Origin: Klebsiella phage vB_KpnM_VPA32
Sequence record: OP558005.1
Direction: 5' to 3' (one strand)
Length of the DNA: 64,000 bases
Part shown: in pieces, positions 1-9,272 of the stretch
Numbering within the stretch: position 1 is the first letter of the stretch
Layout: each line of letters starts with the position of its first letter
Made by a program: the position numbers and the translations under genes
Notes under the pieces: model-generated
The model's input: the letters and a program-made list of their open reading frames with translations, nothing else
What the model was told of the DNA's origin: nothing
Databases searched by the model: none

Positions 1-812
1 TCATTAGCGAGTTTTTCAATGAACCAAGAATAATTGACCGCATACTTAGGAGCTAGTGCACGAAGTTGTTTAACATCTTTTGATTTCAGTGCATCAATAA
101 CATCACTGATATCACCAGAAGTTTTTGTCACCAAATCCAAAATTCCCGAGTCAATAACACCCTTGGAAGAATAATGGTCCAAATCACCAATCGTCTTACG
201 AAAATCTGGGAAGTTCTTGTTAACCAAAGCCGCAATGACTTTAAGGTCTTCAACCTTGATATTTTCATTTTTGCAGATTTCTACACAACGACGAATCATC
301 TCTTTCATCATGTTGCGTTTATCGTCATCAGTTGCTTGACCAAATTTGATAACGCGGCAACGAGATTGAAGTGGTTCAATGATACCATCAATGTTGTTAG
401 CTGTAATGATGATTGTACAGTTGCTCGAGTAAGCTTCCATGAAAGAACGTAAGTGACGTTGCGATTCAGCAAGACCTGAACGGTCAAATTCATCAATCAC
501 AATAACTTTCTGCTTACCAGATAATGAAGCAGCTGTTGCAAAGTTTGTCAGCGGTCCACGTACGAAATCAATCTTACAATCTGAACCATTAACGAACATC
601 ATTTCAACACCAACGTCGTTACAAAGTGCTTTTGCTAAAGTAGTTTTGCCTGTACCTGGAGATGCAGATACCAAAATCATATGAGGGATGGTGCCTTTCT
701 TGATGATAGCATCAAATACTTGGCGGTCAAATTCCGGAAGAATACATTCCGAAATTGATTGTGGGCGATATTTTTGTTCGAAGATGTGTTCTTTTTCGTT
801 AATGCTTAACAT
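1..812 (-). CDS. 44: clamp loader large subunit gp44, N-terminal part (gene continues beyond window start)
   Basis: Minus-strand translation from ATG at 812 reads MLSINEKEH...SASPGTGKTT (Walker A)...VIDEFD...; near-identical in pattern to T4 gp44; RBS upstream. Confidence 0.9.
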   Translation of the reverse strand, partial: MLSINEKEHIFEQKYRPQSISECILPEFDRQVFDAIIKKGTIPHMILVSASPGTGKTTLAKALCNDVGVEMMFVNGSDCKIDFVRGPLTNFATAASLSGKQKVIVIDEFDRSGLAESQRHLRSFMEAYSSNCTIIITANNIDGIIEPLQSRCRVIKFGQATDDDKRNMMKEMIRRCVEICKNENIKVEDLKVIAALVNKNFPDFRKTIGDLDHYSSKGVIDSGILDLVTKTSGDISDVIDALKSKDVKQLRALAPKYAVNYSWFIEKLAN

Positions 813-871
813 AATTTCCTCATATTGAATTAATCAAATCATTGGATGGTCCGAAGACCATCCTATCACAA

Positions 872-1558
872 TTAGAAATCGTGAGTACTATCTGCTTCCA
901 TTGCTACTACATAACTTGCGTGTTCACCTTCGAACTTAGCAGCAGTTTTCTTACCCTGTGCCCAGAGCAGCAGTTTATAATCGGCAGGCTGCATCTTCAT
1001 GTTACCCATATTGATAACAAAGTTGAAGTTATTCGTGCCGTCATAATCACCGAGAGTCAGAGAATATTTGGTACGAACCAGAGCAGAATCTTCTACCTTA
1101 TTGAAACCGTTCAGAACAATCTTACCATCTTTATTAGTGATGGTGATTGTGTCAATCTGCAGACCACGAGATACTCGCATCAGCTGTTGCAAGTCTTCAG
1201 ATTTGAAGTCAACGATAACAGAAGCAACCGGGAATGGAATTGGCTTGCTTGGGAATACGATAGTGCTTGGGTCAGCTGCTGGCCAGAAAATGGTTGAACG
1301 AGCATCGGCAATTTTGATGTTACCGTCATCAGCCAGAGAAATTTCTGCATCTTCATTAACCAGAGACAGAATACCAAGGAAGCCGTTCAGTTCATAAATC
1401 GCAACTTCAAAATCAATCTCGTCGGCGATAGTTGCTTCAGCATAAGTTGTACCATTAACTGCACGAGTCATGATGAACTTACCAGGTTTCAGCATAATAC
1501 CAGAGTTGATGGTAGAGAAGTTTTTCAGAATATTCAGAGTATCTTTAGACAGTTTCAT
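872..1558 (-). CDS. 45: sliding clamp gp45
   Basis: 228 aa, MKLSKDTLNILKNFSTINSGIMLKPG..., same length and N-terminus as T4 gp45; sits upstream of 44 as in T4. Confidence 0.9.
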   Translation of the reverse strand: MKLSKDTLNILKNFSTINSGIMLKPGKFIMTRAVNGTTYAEATIADEIDFEVAIYELNGFLGILSLVNEDAEISLADDGNIKIADARSTIFWPAADPSTIVFPSKPIPFPVASVIVDFKSEDLQQLMRVSRGLQIDTITITNKDGKIVLNGFNKVEDSALVRTKYSLTLGDYDGTNNFNFVINMGNMKMQPADYKLLLWAQGKKTAAKFEGEHASYVVAMEADSTHDF

Positions 1559-1566
1559 GTTTTTCC

Positions 1567-1986
1567 TTAGTTCAATTCAATTTCAGATGATTCAGATTTT
1601 ACAACAAATGGAGCGAAGCTATCATAAACTTCTTGAGCAACGATTTCAGCAGCTACCAACAGCTGTTCATCAGCGTTAGTACAGAATTCGTCTTCCAGAC
1701 GTTCACCACCGACCTTATCGAGAATAACTTTAGCGCCGGCTTTAATTGAACGGTCATAGTGCTTACGCATTACTTCAATCCACTTTTCAGAGATTGAATT
1801 ATCAATAGAAGAGTAATAAGCGAAACGAACTTCAGAATCTGGCAGTTTGCGTTTAATAGCTTCTTTAATTTCTTCAGGCAGCATCAGAACCCATGCTCGA
1901 CGGATTTTATTCTGATTGTTAGGATTGGAGTCAGTACGTACGTTTTTAGGTTGGATTTCTTTAACATCAGTAACGATATTCAGCAT
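1567..1986 (-). CDS. rpbA: RpbA-like RNA polymerase-binding protein (positional call)
   Basis: 139 aa ORF directly downstream of gene 45, as T4 rpbA (129 aa). Confidence 0.45.
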   Translation of the reverse strand: MLNIVTDVKEIQPKNVRTDSNPNNQNKIRRAWVLMLPEEIKEAIKRKLPDSEVRFAYYSSIDNSISEKWIEVMRKHYDRSIKAGAKVILDKVGGERLEDEFCTNADEQLLVAAEIVAQEVYDSFAPFVVKSESSEIELN

Positions 1987-1995
1987 ATTATTTTC

Positions 1996-2187
1996 TCATT
2001 CAAAAAATTCAGAAACTGTCCAAGCAGGATGCCTGTTGGAAGATATTTTATCATAGTCTTTACCGAAAGCATCTTTTAAATGCTGTTCAGTAACGATATG
2101 TTCTTCACCAGAAAAATTATTAGTGAGAACATATCTTTTAAGTTCAGGGAACGTTAGTAACTCGTTCCCGGTTGCGTATTGTTTCAT
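1996..2187 (-). CDS. hypothetical small protein (T4 45.2 position)
   Basis: 63 aa ORF between rpbA-like and gene 46. Confidence 0.35.
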   Translation of the reverse strand: MKQYATGNELLTFPELKRYVLTNNFSGEEHIVTEQHLKDAFGKDYDKISSNRHPAWTVSEFFE

Positions 2188-3872
2188 TCCAGTACCGTAA
2201 AGCGACCAACTTTCTTCATTTGAAGATGTTGACCGTATGCTTGAGGGTCATGGTCTCGGTGAGAAATTATAAAAATATTTGAATTTGGCATTTTACTAAG
2301 AATGTTATTAATTGCTTTAACACCCTCAGCGTCAGTGGCGGAGTCAAAGATTTCGTCTAAGAACAGACAGCTTATTTTAACACCAGATACCAATTCAGCA
2401 ATATCGCGCCATGTGAATAACAACGCAATATCAATACGAGCTTTCTCGCCTTGACTGAAAGAGTTATAACTAAACTCTTCACGTCCTCGGGATTTAATCG
2501 TTTCGTTGAACTCTTCATTCAACGTAAAGACGTAATCCGCATCCATTATCTTCAAGTACGTATTAATCTGCTTATTGAACAGAGGAATGTACTTCTTAAT
2601 GATTGCGCCTTTAATACCAGAATCCTTGAACATTTCCGTAAGAATACCACGTTGATATTTTTCCATAACGATGTTGGATTTGGTATCAACTATTTTATTC
2701 AATTCTTCTGTAAGCGTTTTAATTTCATCAGAATAATCAATAAATTCTTCAGCTGCTTTATCAATAGCTGCTTTAATTTTGCGAATTCGTTCTACTGATG
2801 CTTTGAGTTCTTCAGTTTTTGAATTAATCTGAGTTTTGATATCACGAGCTCTACGCCTGACAGCTTCGAATTCAGTCTGGGACGCCTGAAGATTCTCTAG
2901 ATGTGTTTTTAACTCAGCATGTTTGATATTACATTCATCAACTTTAGAATTAATCTGGCCGATTAGAGTGTCACTGGCGTGTAAATCCTGCAAACACGTA
3001 GGACAGTGTCCACCTTTATCATACAATGACAAAACTTTTGTATAAGACTCGATACGGTTAAGGATAGTTATTCCAGCCATTTGAGTCTTCTGAATTCCTT
3101 CAGATACATCATCTTCTTCGCCAATCACAATGTTAGCAAGATTAGCATTCAATTCATCAATCACACCACGAATAGATTTAGCGTCAGCAAGAGATTCTTC
3201 ATACATCGTTTTCCAACGTGCAACGTTTTCTCCAGAAAGTTTCTTTTGCTTCTCTATGTTTTCTTCATAGATTTTGATTTGTTGCTGAATTCCATCTTTC
3301 TTGGCATCAAGAACTTGAACCTGAGAATTCAATTCTCTGACAAGAGCTTTATTCAACTTGTCCATTTCAGCGATAATTGAAACTTCTAATAAGTCTTCGA
3401 CAAGTTTTCTCCGAGCGGGTGTACTAAGACCCATAAACGGAGTGTAGCCCGCTGTTCCGAGTACCACGACTTGTTTGAAACTCGTGTACGACATTCCAAT
3501 GAGTTCTTCGAAATAACTTTGGAAGTCTTTAACTGAAGCCGCTTCATCAAGCTTAGCACCGTCGCGTTCAATTTCAAAGACATTTGGTTTCTGCCCACGT
3601 TTGATGTAATACGAATGACCGTCATATTCCATCCACAATTCGCAGAGCAATCCTTTCTTATTTGTGGAATTGATTAATTGGCCTTTCTTGAAATCACGGA
3701 ATGGTTTACCAAACAATGCGAACGTAATCGCTTCAAGCATTGTACTTTTACCGGCACCATTCTTACCAGTGATTAGTGTCTTGTGAACTTTATCAAGTTG
3801 AATATCAATGGGCTGACCGCCCACTGACATAATGTTCTGATACTTGACTCGGTTCAATTTAAAAATCTTCAT
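2184..3872 (-). CDS. 46: recombination endonuclease ATPase subunit gp46 (Rad50/SbcC-like)
   Basis: 562 aa; Walker A GKNGAGKST near N-terminus; long coiled coil with CPTC zinc hook; C-terminal Walker B/signature LFLDE; T4 gp46 is 560 aa. Confidence 0.9.
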   Translation of the reverse strand: MKIFKLNRVKYQNIMSVGGQPIDIQLDKVHKTLITGKNGAGKSTMLEAITFALFGKPFRDFKKGQLINSTNKKGLLCELWMEYDGHSYYIKRGQKPNVFEIERDGAKLDEAASVKDFQSYFEELIGMSYTSFKQVVVLGTAGYTPFMGLSTPARRKLVEDLLEVSIIAEMDKLNKALVRELNSQVQVLDAKKDGIQQQIKIYEENIEKQKKLSGENVARWKTMYEESLADAKSIRGVIDELNANLANIVIGEEDDVSEGIQKTQMAGITILNRIESYTKVLSLYDKGGHCPTCLQDLHASDTLIGQINSKVDECNIKHAELKTHLENLQASQTEFEAVRRRARDIKTQINSKTEELKASVERIRKIKAAIDKAAEEFIDYSDEIKTLTEELNKIVDTKSNIVMEKYQRGILTEMFKDSGIKGAIIKKYIPLFNKQINTYLKIMDADYVFTLNEEFNETIKSRGREEFSYNSFSQGEKARIDIALLFTWRDIAELVSGVKISCLFLDEIFDSATDAEGVKAINNILSKMPNSNIFIISHRDHDPQAYGQHLQMKKVGRFTVLE

Positions 3873-4891
3873 TGATTCTGAGCCTCAACATAAAGAGCTT
3901 GTGCAAATTTTTTCAATGCAGCGTTATCAGTTGGAGATAAGTCTTCCAATGCATCAATATATTCTGACATCAAATCTAATAAGCTTTTAACTTCAATGTC
4001 TTCTTCATCGTCAGATTCAACTGAATTGTCAATCTTAGAAACCATGCGTAGTTCATGAACTACTTTTTCGAGTTCAGTTTCAAACTTCGTGATGTCTTTA
4101 TCAACATCAGTGACAATTACTCGGACTGAAAGATTTTTGTAGTCGTTGTAATCAATCTTACCAGTGAATGGATATTGAAGTCTTACATGCCAGGTGGTTT
4201 CGTTTGGCACAAAATCCATACTTTCCGTTGCGGTATCGAAAATCCAGAATCCGCGAGGGTCGTTCTCGTCACCTGCTGTAAGGGTCCAGGGAGTGCCGAT
4301 ATACTTAACATTGGCAGCAGAGGATATAGTATGGAAATGCCCTGACCACACTTGCTTATATGACTTAAGGAAATCTGGCTCGAGACCATGAGATTTTAAA
4401 CCTTTGTAGTAATAGAAGCCATTAAGCTCCCAGTGTCCAATACAATACTCTGCAGATGATTCTTTTACGTGCTTCATAATAGAAGCTACGTTTTCATCGC
4501 ATAACCATGGAATTAGGTCAATTAAGCACCCATCAAAATCTACTGTAGTCGGCACATCATAAATTTTGATGTGATTGTATTTACCAAGAATCTCTGTAAT
4601 AGCATTTGGATGAATTTTATTCTTCAGGTTCATGTCATGGTTACCAATGATGGTGTGCATAACAATACCTTCGCTCTCAAGAAGTTCAGCTATTTCACGA
4701 GCAAATTCCATAGTTTTGTGTGTAATTGCTTTACGGACATCAAAAATATCTCCGTATTGAATCCACACTTTAATTCCATGCTTCTTTGAATATTCAATTT
4801 TTTGACGAATACCATCACGTTGAATATTTTGGAGCCATGGGTCATCACCCTTTACTCCCAGGTGCCAGTCACCCGTATGCAATATTTTCAT
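3869..4891 (-). CDS. 47: recombination nuclease gp47 (Mre11/SbcD-like)
   Basis: 340 aa; MKILHTGDWHLG and GNHD phosphoesterase motifs; overlaps gene 46 start by 4 nt as in T4. Confidence 0.9.
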   Translation of the reverse strand: MKILHTGDWHLGVKGDDPWLQNIQRDGIRQKIEYSKKHGIKVWIQYGDIFDVRKAITHKTMEFAREIAELLESEGIVMHTIIGNHDMNLKNKIHPNAITEILGKYNHIKIYDVPTTVDFDGCLIDLIPWLCDENVASIMKHVKESSAEYCIGHWELNGFYYYKGLKSHGLEPDFLKSYKQVWSGHFHTISSAANVKYIGTPWTLTAGDENDPRGFWIFDTATESMDFVPNETTWHVRLQYPFTGKIDYNDYKNLSVRVIVTDVDKDITKFETELEKVVHELRMVSKIDNSVESDDEEDIEVKSLLDLMSEYIDALEDLSPTDNAALKKFAQALYVEAQNQ

Positions 4892-4974
4892 ATTTCACCT
4901 CTGAGGACATTATATTCCATACTCCAGAAAGCAGAAAGGGCCCGAAGGCCCTTAATTAAAATCCGTCGAATTCA

Positions 4975-5238
4975 TCAAATTTTCTTAACGAGAACATAAC
5001 CCAATTCCTCGGCTAATTTCTTAGCTTCATTGAATTTTTTCAACATTTCAGTTTTTGAATTACGAATGGCTTCATAATCAATTTCCGCTTTAGGCCTTTC
5101 AGATGAATTGCAGATATTACAAAATATCGAACGTTTTGGACCGATATAATTGATACCGCAATCTCTGCATGTGCACATATAATCGCCAGAAGACCAATCT
5201 TGAGGCATACTGCGAGGCAACATTAAAGTTTCCACCAT
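4975..5238 (-). CDS. hypothetical Cys-rich small protein (zinc ribbon)
   Basis: CTCRDC...CNIC motif pairs. Confidence 0.35.
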   Translation of the reverse strand: MVETLMLPRSMPQDWSSGDYMCTCRDCGINYIGPKRSIFCNICNSSERPKAEIDYEAIRNSKTEMLKKFNEAKKLAEELGYVLVKKI

Positions 5239-5397
5239 GGTTTAACTTGGAGAGTATCAACCCACACAACTTCTTTAGGAGAAGCTTTTACAGCTGGGCC
5301 TGTACTTCCAAGAACACGATAATGAGTTTCGGATAGTTTTACTGCCATCACTCCATTGGAAACTGACAGAGTAAAACCTGCATTAACTTTTAAACGC

Positions 5398-5724
5398 TTA
5401 AACGGTTTTTGTACCAGCATTGATGATTTCCCATACTTGTTGGCGTGTAGTCTGCCAGTTAACACGGATGATTTCGTCATTATAAGGTTGTTTGTAAATG
5501 TCACGCAGTTTACAGAGAGCGTACTTATATGCTTCGAAATTATTTTCGAGGACTGCGCCAGCTGCATGGTCATTCAGTCGCTTAATTTCACGACGATTCT
5601 TTTTGAAGATTTTAGTCGCCACAGCATTTGCGCGTCTCTGGCTTTCTTCTTCAATCAAACGTTTAATACGTTCTTCTTCGTTATCGTCGATTTGTTCTAC
5701 GCTGTCAATATTACGTTCGTTCAT
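5398..5724 (-). CDS. hypothetical protein
   Basis: 108 aa ORF; overlaps a second same-strand ORF 5223-5573 in another frame. Confidence 0.35.
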   Translation of the reverse strand: MNERNIDSVEQIDDNEEERIKRLIEEESQRRANAVATKIFKKNRREIKRLNDHAAGAVLENNFEAYKYALCKLRDIYKQPYNDEIIRVNWQTTRQQVWEIINAGTKTV

Positions 5725-5729
5725 TTGAC

Positions 5730-5984
5730 CTACTTACTTTTGTAATCAATTGTTATGCTAAAATCATTTTCTCCTAGATTATAACTGTGAGTTATCTCAG
5801 CATTATCAGAAGTGAATTCAGCGTCATGTGGGTTCTTGGGGTCGATGTGAATGTCCAAATCTAATACCTCCCTCATATACATTTTAAGCAAATAAGGGAT
5901 AGCATCGTAATCGGGCACTTCTTCCAGGAAACCTGCGAGGTTAATCGTCAGCCTCATATAAAAAATCCAAGTTCGGACCTTCAT
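5730..5984 (-). CDS. hypothetical protein
   Basis: 84 aa acidic ORF. Confidence 0.35.
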   Translation of the reverse strand: MKVRTWIFYMRLTINLAGFLEEVPDYDAIPYLLKMYMREVLDLDIHIDPKNPHDAEFTSDNAEITHSYNLGENDFSITIDYKSK

Positions 5985-6474
5985 CTACAACATCGCTCTT
6001 TTTGTCAGACCCTGGCTGTTTGTAGGTGGAGGTTTCGTAATGCGTCATTTTATCGTAGATGTCTTGAATAAAAGTTTCATCTACTAACGCAACCATATCA
6101 TCGTCACGAGCGTCATAGACGTTGTGAACAAAATAGCTGTACTTTTTAGCAACTTCCTTACGTTCTTTCTTGATACGTTGGACAAATGCGTTAAAGCAAG
6201 CACGGGTTATATACGCATGCGGGTTGTCGTACTTTGTTTCATCGAAGTTGTGTAGACCCTTAATAGAAGCTTCTACACCGTCTGAAATCATTTCATCTTT
6301 CCAAGAGCGGGTGTACCCCGAAAAGTTAAAACGCTTACTCAGACCCTCAGATATCAACATAATTGCTCTGCCGATAGTATCATTCTGACGAACGGGTTTA
6401 CCAGCTTCGCGACATTGCTGTTTCCATTCAGTGATGGCTTTCAGCAACTCCTTATTATTTACATAGTTAGCCAT
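5941..6474 (-). CDS. 55: late-transcription sigma factor gp55
   Basis: 177 aa; ...[27 protein letters not shown]...[14 protein letters not shown]...[21 protein letters not shown] matches T4 gp55 nearly residue for residue. Confidence 0.9.
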   Translation of the reverse strand: MANYVNNKELLKAITEWKQQCREAGKPVRQNDTIGRAIMLISEGLSKRFNFSGYTRSWKDEMISDGVEASIKGLHNFDETKYDNPHAYITRACFNAFVQRIKKERKEVAKKYSYFVHNVYDARDDDMVALVDETFIQDIYDKMTHYETSTYKQPGSDKKSDVVDEGPNLDFLYEADD

Positions 6475-6540
6475 ATTACCTCTTCCGCTTCATTTAATAA
6501 GAATATTATAACACGTTTGGAGGAAGGGTATTTTAAGCAT

Positions 6541-6837
6541 CTATTTAAGGAGTTCGTAAAGCTTAAAGCACTTAATCATAAGTTTGCGGAAAGTAACAAA
6601 GTCAAGTTCAGGTTCGAAAGCGTTTTCATTACAGAATCTGAGCCATGATTTCCAAAGTTCGATGTAGCCATTTTCGTTCAGCTTTGATACATGACCTCGC
6701 CAAACATATTCAAGGCTAGGACCATGTTCATTTGAATCTGAGAATGTAATTCCCATCCATTTATCAACGAAAAATTCACCTAATCCAATTACTCGGAATG
6801 ACGCGATTTCAATATCTTCTAAAGTCACTTGGCTCAT
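6541..6837 (-). CDS. hypothetical protein (55.x region)
   Basis: 98 aa ORF, tandem same-strand array. Confidence 0.35.
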   Translation of the reverse strand: MSQVTLEDIEIASFRVIGLGEFFVDKWMGITFSDSNEHGPSLEYVWRGHVSKLNENGYIELWKSWLRFCNENAFEPELDFVTFRKLMIKCFKLYELLK

Positions 6838-7085
6838 AGGTCAAATACCTTGAATGTATCTTCAATTAAAGTCTTGAACGTATTGTAGTGCATAGGTTCA
6901 AGGTCTTCGCAAGTTTCTTCACAAAATTCGCGGTAAAGAATATCTGAAGTGTAATCGCGGAAAATAGCAATATCAGATTCCCAGTAAGCACCAGTCTCTT
7001 CATCAGAGAAATAAACGGTACCATCACGGCGAATAACCCAGTCGCCGTAGTTCAATACAGTGAGCATGATTTGATTGTATTTCAT
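6834..7085 (-). CDS. hypothetical protein (55.x region)
   Basis: 83 aa ORF, 4-nt overlap coupling. Confidence 0.35.
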   Translation of the reverse strand: MKYNQIMLTVLNYGDWVIRRDGTVYFSDEETGAYWESDIAIFRDYTSDILYREFCEETCEDLEPMHYNTFKTLIEDTFKVFDL

Positions 7086-7309
7086 AGGACAAGTTCCTTA
7101 GCACATTCAATAGCTTCATCCATACTTCCGAATGCATCTACTGAGTGATAATCTTTCCCAGTGTATTCATAAACCCACCAGGCGTCAAAATCTTCTTCAA
7201 TAACGAAATCAACATCGTTCTTTGAAGTACCTTCAATCATCAAGCGACCGTCTTCAGTTCGCTTTGTTTGAAATCCGGCTAGATGCAGATCATTTTCAAT
7301 TTCATTCAT
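7082..7309 (-). CDS. hypothetical protein (55.x region)
   Basis: 75 aa acidic ORF. Confidence 0.35.
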   Translation of the reverse strand: MNEIENDLHLAGFQTKRTEDGRLMIEGTSKNDVDFVIEEDFDAWWVYEYTGKDYHSVDAFGSMDEAIECAKELVL

Positions 7310-7644
7310 TTGGCAGCCTTAACAATCTTGAGGTCAACGAAGCCTTTCTTACGCTGGTTCTTCATCTTACGGATGGTGCTGTCAGAGATTTCTTTACGCT
7401 TTATAGTTGGAATACCAAAAGCATCAAGATTGAATTCAGACAGAATGTAAGCAACGACCAGTTCGCGGATACGAGCTTTACCAATCTTCTGGTCATTTTC
7501 TTTCATGGTGCCGTGCAACTCAACTTCCCACTTATCCAGCAACTTAGGAGTCACGATAACGTCTTTGAACTCACCATCAACTTTCATTGCTTCTACCTTC
7601 GGGAATACGAAAGCGTTCAGTACGTTTTTGATAGCCTGTGACAT
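7306..7644 (-). CDS. hypothetical protein (55.x region)
   Basis: 112 aa basic ORF. Confidence 0.35.
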   Translation of the reverse strand: MSQAIKNVLNAFVFPKVEAMKVDGEFKDVIVTPKLLDKWEVELHGTMKENDQKIGKARIRELVVAYILSEFNLDAFGIPTIKRKEISDSTIRKMKNQRKKGFVDLKIVKAAK

Positions 7645-7709
7645 ATTGATTTCCTCATTTTAACTAAGTTTGACATAAGAGATTCTATTCTGAATCCCTT
7701 ATAGCAAAA

Positions 7710-7976
7710 TTAGCAGTTTTTAATATGCTCGTAGATAGCACGAGTCAGTTCAGATGCTTCTTCTTTGTTGATGTCTGAAATCAAAGCGTAGATAGCATTA
7801 GTGATTGAACTTGGGCGATGGCGCGCAGTGCTGATTGCAACTTCTGTCATACAAGAACGTCCGCGGAAGATGATTTCAACATTGTTGATTTCAATATTCA
7901 TGCGTTCTTGGTCACGGGATTCAGAACGTACCAGAACTTCCAGTTCAACAGAAACTTTCTTTTTCAGTAAAATCAT
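7710..7976 (-). CDS. hypothetical protein
   Basis: 88 aa ORF downstream of early promoter at 8003-8033. Confidence 0.35.
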   Translation of the reverse strand: MILLKKKVSVELEVLVRSESRDQERMNIEINNVEIIFRGRSCMTEVAISTARHRPSSITNAIYALISDINKEEASELTRAIYEHIKNC

Positions 7977-8002
7977 GTTACTCTCCTTGGTTGATGTAAG
8001 AG

Positions 8003-8033
8003 TATAGTAACACCTTCTGCAACAGATGTAAAC
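8003..8033 (-). promoter_or_regulatory. T4-type early promoter (-35 GTTTACA, -10 TACTATA, 17-nt spacer)
   Basis: plus-strand tgtaaac at 8027-8033 and tatagta at 8003-8009. Confidence 0.5.
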
Positions 8034-8042
8034 GGTCCATAG

Positions 8043-8071
8043 AAATAAAAATGGGGACCACCAGGGTCCCC
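8043..8071 (-). terminator. rho-independent terminator
   Basis: hairpin ggggacc-accag-ggtcccc followed on minus strand by ATTTTTATTT. Confidence 0.55.
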
Positions 8072-8122
8072 GAAGATGTGAGCCATATGTTTATATGGGC
8101 TTCAAAAGAAAGTGTCTTAGAG

Positions 8123-8461
8123 TTAATCCAGTGAATCGAGGTCGTAACCTAGTTCACCAAGTCTCTCTTTTATTGTTCTTAGATTTGGGTAATATACACC
8201 ACCGAGGATGACGACCGGGTAATTGACTCGCTTGCTTGGGAAAACTCCTGAGGCTTTAGCGGCTTCTTCAATCGCTTTGTAGTTGTATTGGACGTCACCG
8301 GCCATGTAGATAACGTCGATGAACTCATACGGAATTTTGAATTCGTCAAAAATTTCTTTGACTGCTGCGCAACCAGCGCAGCGATAGACGTCTTCCGGAA
8401 TTCCATAAATTTTAGCTCTTAGTTGTGAGTTTTCCATTGACTGTAACCTCAAGCTTATCAT
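8123..8461 (-). CDS. nrdH: NrdH-like glutaredoxin
   Basis: 112 aa; redox CAGC (CxxC) motif; position upstream of nrdG as in T4. Confidence 0.6.
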   Translation of the reverse strand: MISLRLQSMENSQLRAKIYGIPEDVYRCAGCAAVKEIFDEFKIPYEFIDVIYMAGDVQYNYKAIEEAAKASGVFPSKRVNYPVVILGGVYYPNLRTIKERLGELGYDLDSLD

Positions 8462-8687
8462 CTAAACCAATATCCTTAAGCGCATCAGTCATTCGACGAA
8501 TACGAGCAGTAACTTCTTCAGGAGAAAGTTTAGGCTTATCATCAGTCTTCGGAGCGATAATCACTGCCAGTCCGAATACCAAGAGTGCAGGTACAGCAAC
8601 AATAATTCCGTAAGCAATAACAATATAAGCCAGAAGCTTAGATAAAGCAGTTCGAGTTCCGTTGAAGAAAGATTTGATATGTTTCAT
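8412..8687 (-). CDS. hypothetical small membrane protein
   Basis: 91 aa with one long hydrophobic helix. Confidence 0.3.
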   Translation of the reverse strand: MKHIKSFFNGTRTALSKLLAYIVIAYGIIVAVPALLVFGLAVIIAPKTDDKPKLSPEEVTARIRRMTDALKDIGLDDKLEVTVNGKLTTKS

Positions 8688-8786
8688 GTTTTTCCTTAGG
8701 AGAAAGTTACGATACCAGCGAAAACGTACAGAGCAGGGAATTCTTCGCCCCAGCTTTGAATGATGAAGTTTGCGTTTAGCGCGAGT

Positions 8787-9272
8787 CTATTCAGGATGTT
8801 CATTGTATTCCTCATTCCAAGTTCCGCTGTTAATCCACAGCCTTTGATTATCACTGCCTCTCCAAAGCTTTTTATTTGGTAGAGACTGTTCATATTTACC
8901 ATCGATAATAACATCAACATAATTTAGCAGTTCCAAGTCCTTGATATCTTCGAACTTGTAACCCGTCCACATCCAAACGTCTTTGTGAGGGTGACTAGTA
9001 TGTAAGCACTTAAGCAGTGCTTCTATAGTTTCTCTATTGTCTGGATAAAGAGGGTCTCCACCAGTAATAGTGATTCCTTGAATGTAATCAGGCTCAAGAA
9101 GCTCTCTGATTTCACCAATCGTTTCACCGGTGAACTCTGTTCCATTGCGTGGATTCCATGTAGACTTATTGTAACATCCTTCGCATTTATGCAAACACCC
9201 GGTGACGAAAAGAACGACCCTGCAACCAGGGCCATTCACAAAATCACAAGGATAGATTCTGTCATACTTCAC
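8787..9272 (-). CDS. nrdG: anaerobic ribonucleotide reductase activase NrdG (radical SAM)
   Basis: 161 aa; CDFVNGPGCRVVLFVTGCLHKCEGC cysteine cluster. Confidence 0.9.
   Translation of the reverse strand: MKYDRIYPCDFVNGPGCRVVLFVTGCLHKCEGCYNKSTWNPRNGTEFTGETIGEIRELLEPDYIQGITITGGDPLYPDNRETIEALLKCLHTSHPHKDVWMWTGYKFEDIKDLELLNYVDVIIDGKYEQSLPNKKLWRGSDNQRLWINSGTWNEEYNEHPE

Noticed and set aside
5223-5573. ORF 5223-5573 overlapping 5398-5724 on the same strand
   Set aside because: A 176-nt same-strand overlap makes one of them spurious. I kept the one with the plausible charged, helical composition. A programmed frameshift was considered, but I found no slippery site to support it.
8696-8920. ORF 8696-8920 overlapping nrdG in another frame
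   Set aside because: It sits inside the well-supported nrdG coding region on the same strand and has no independent support.
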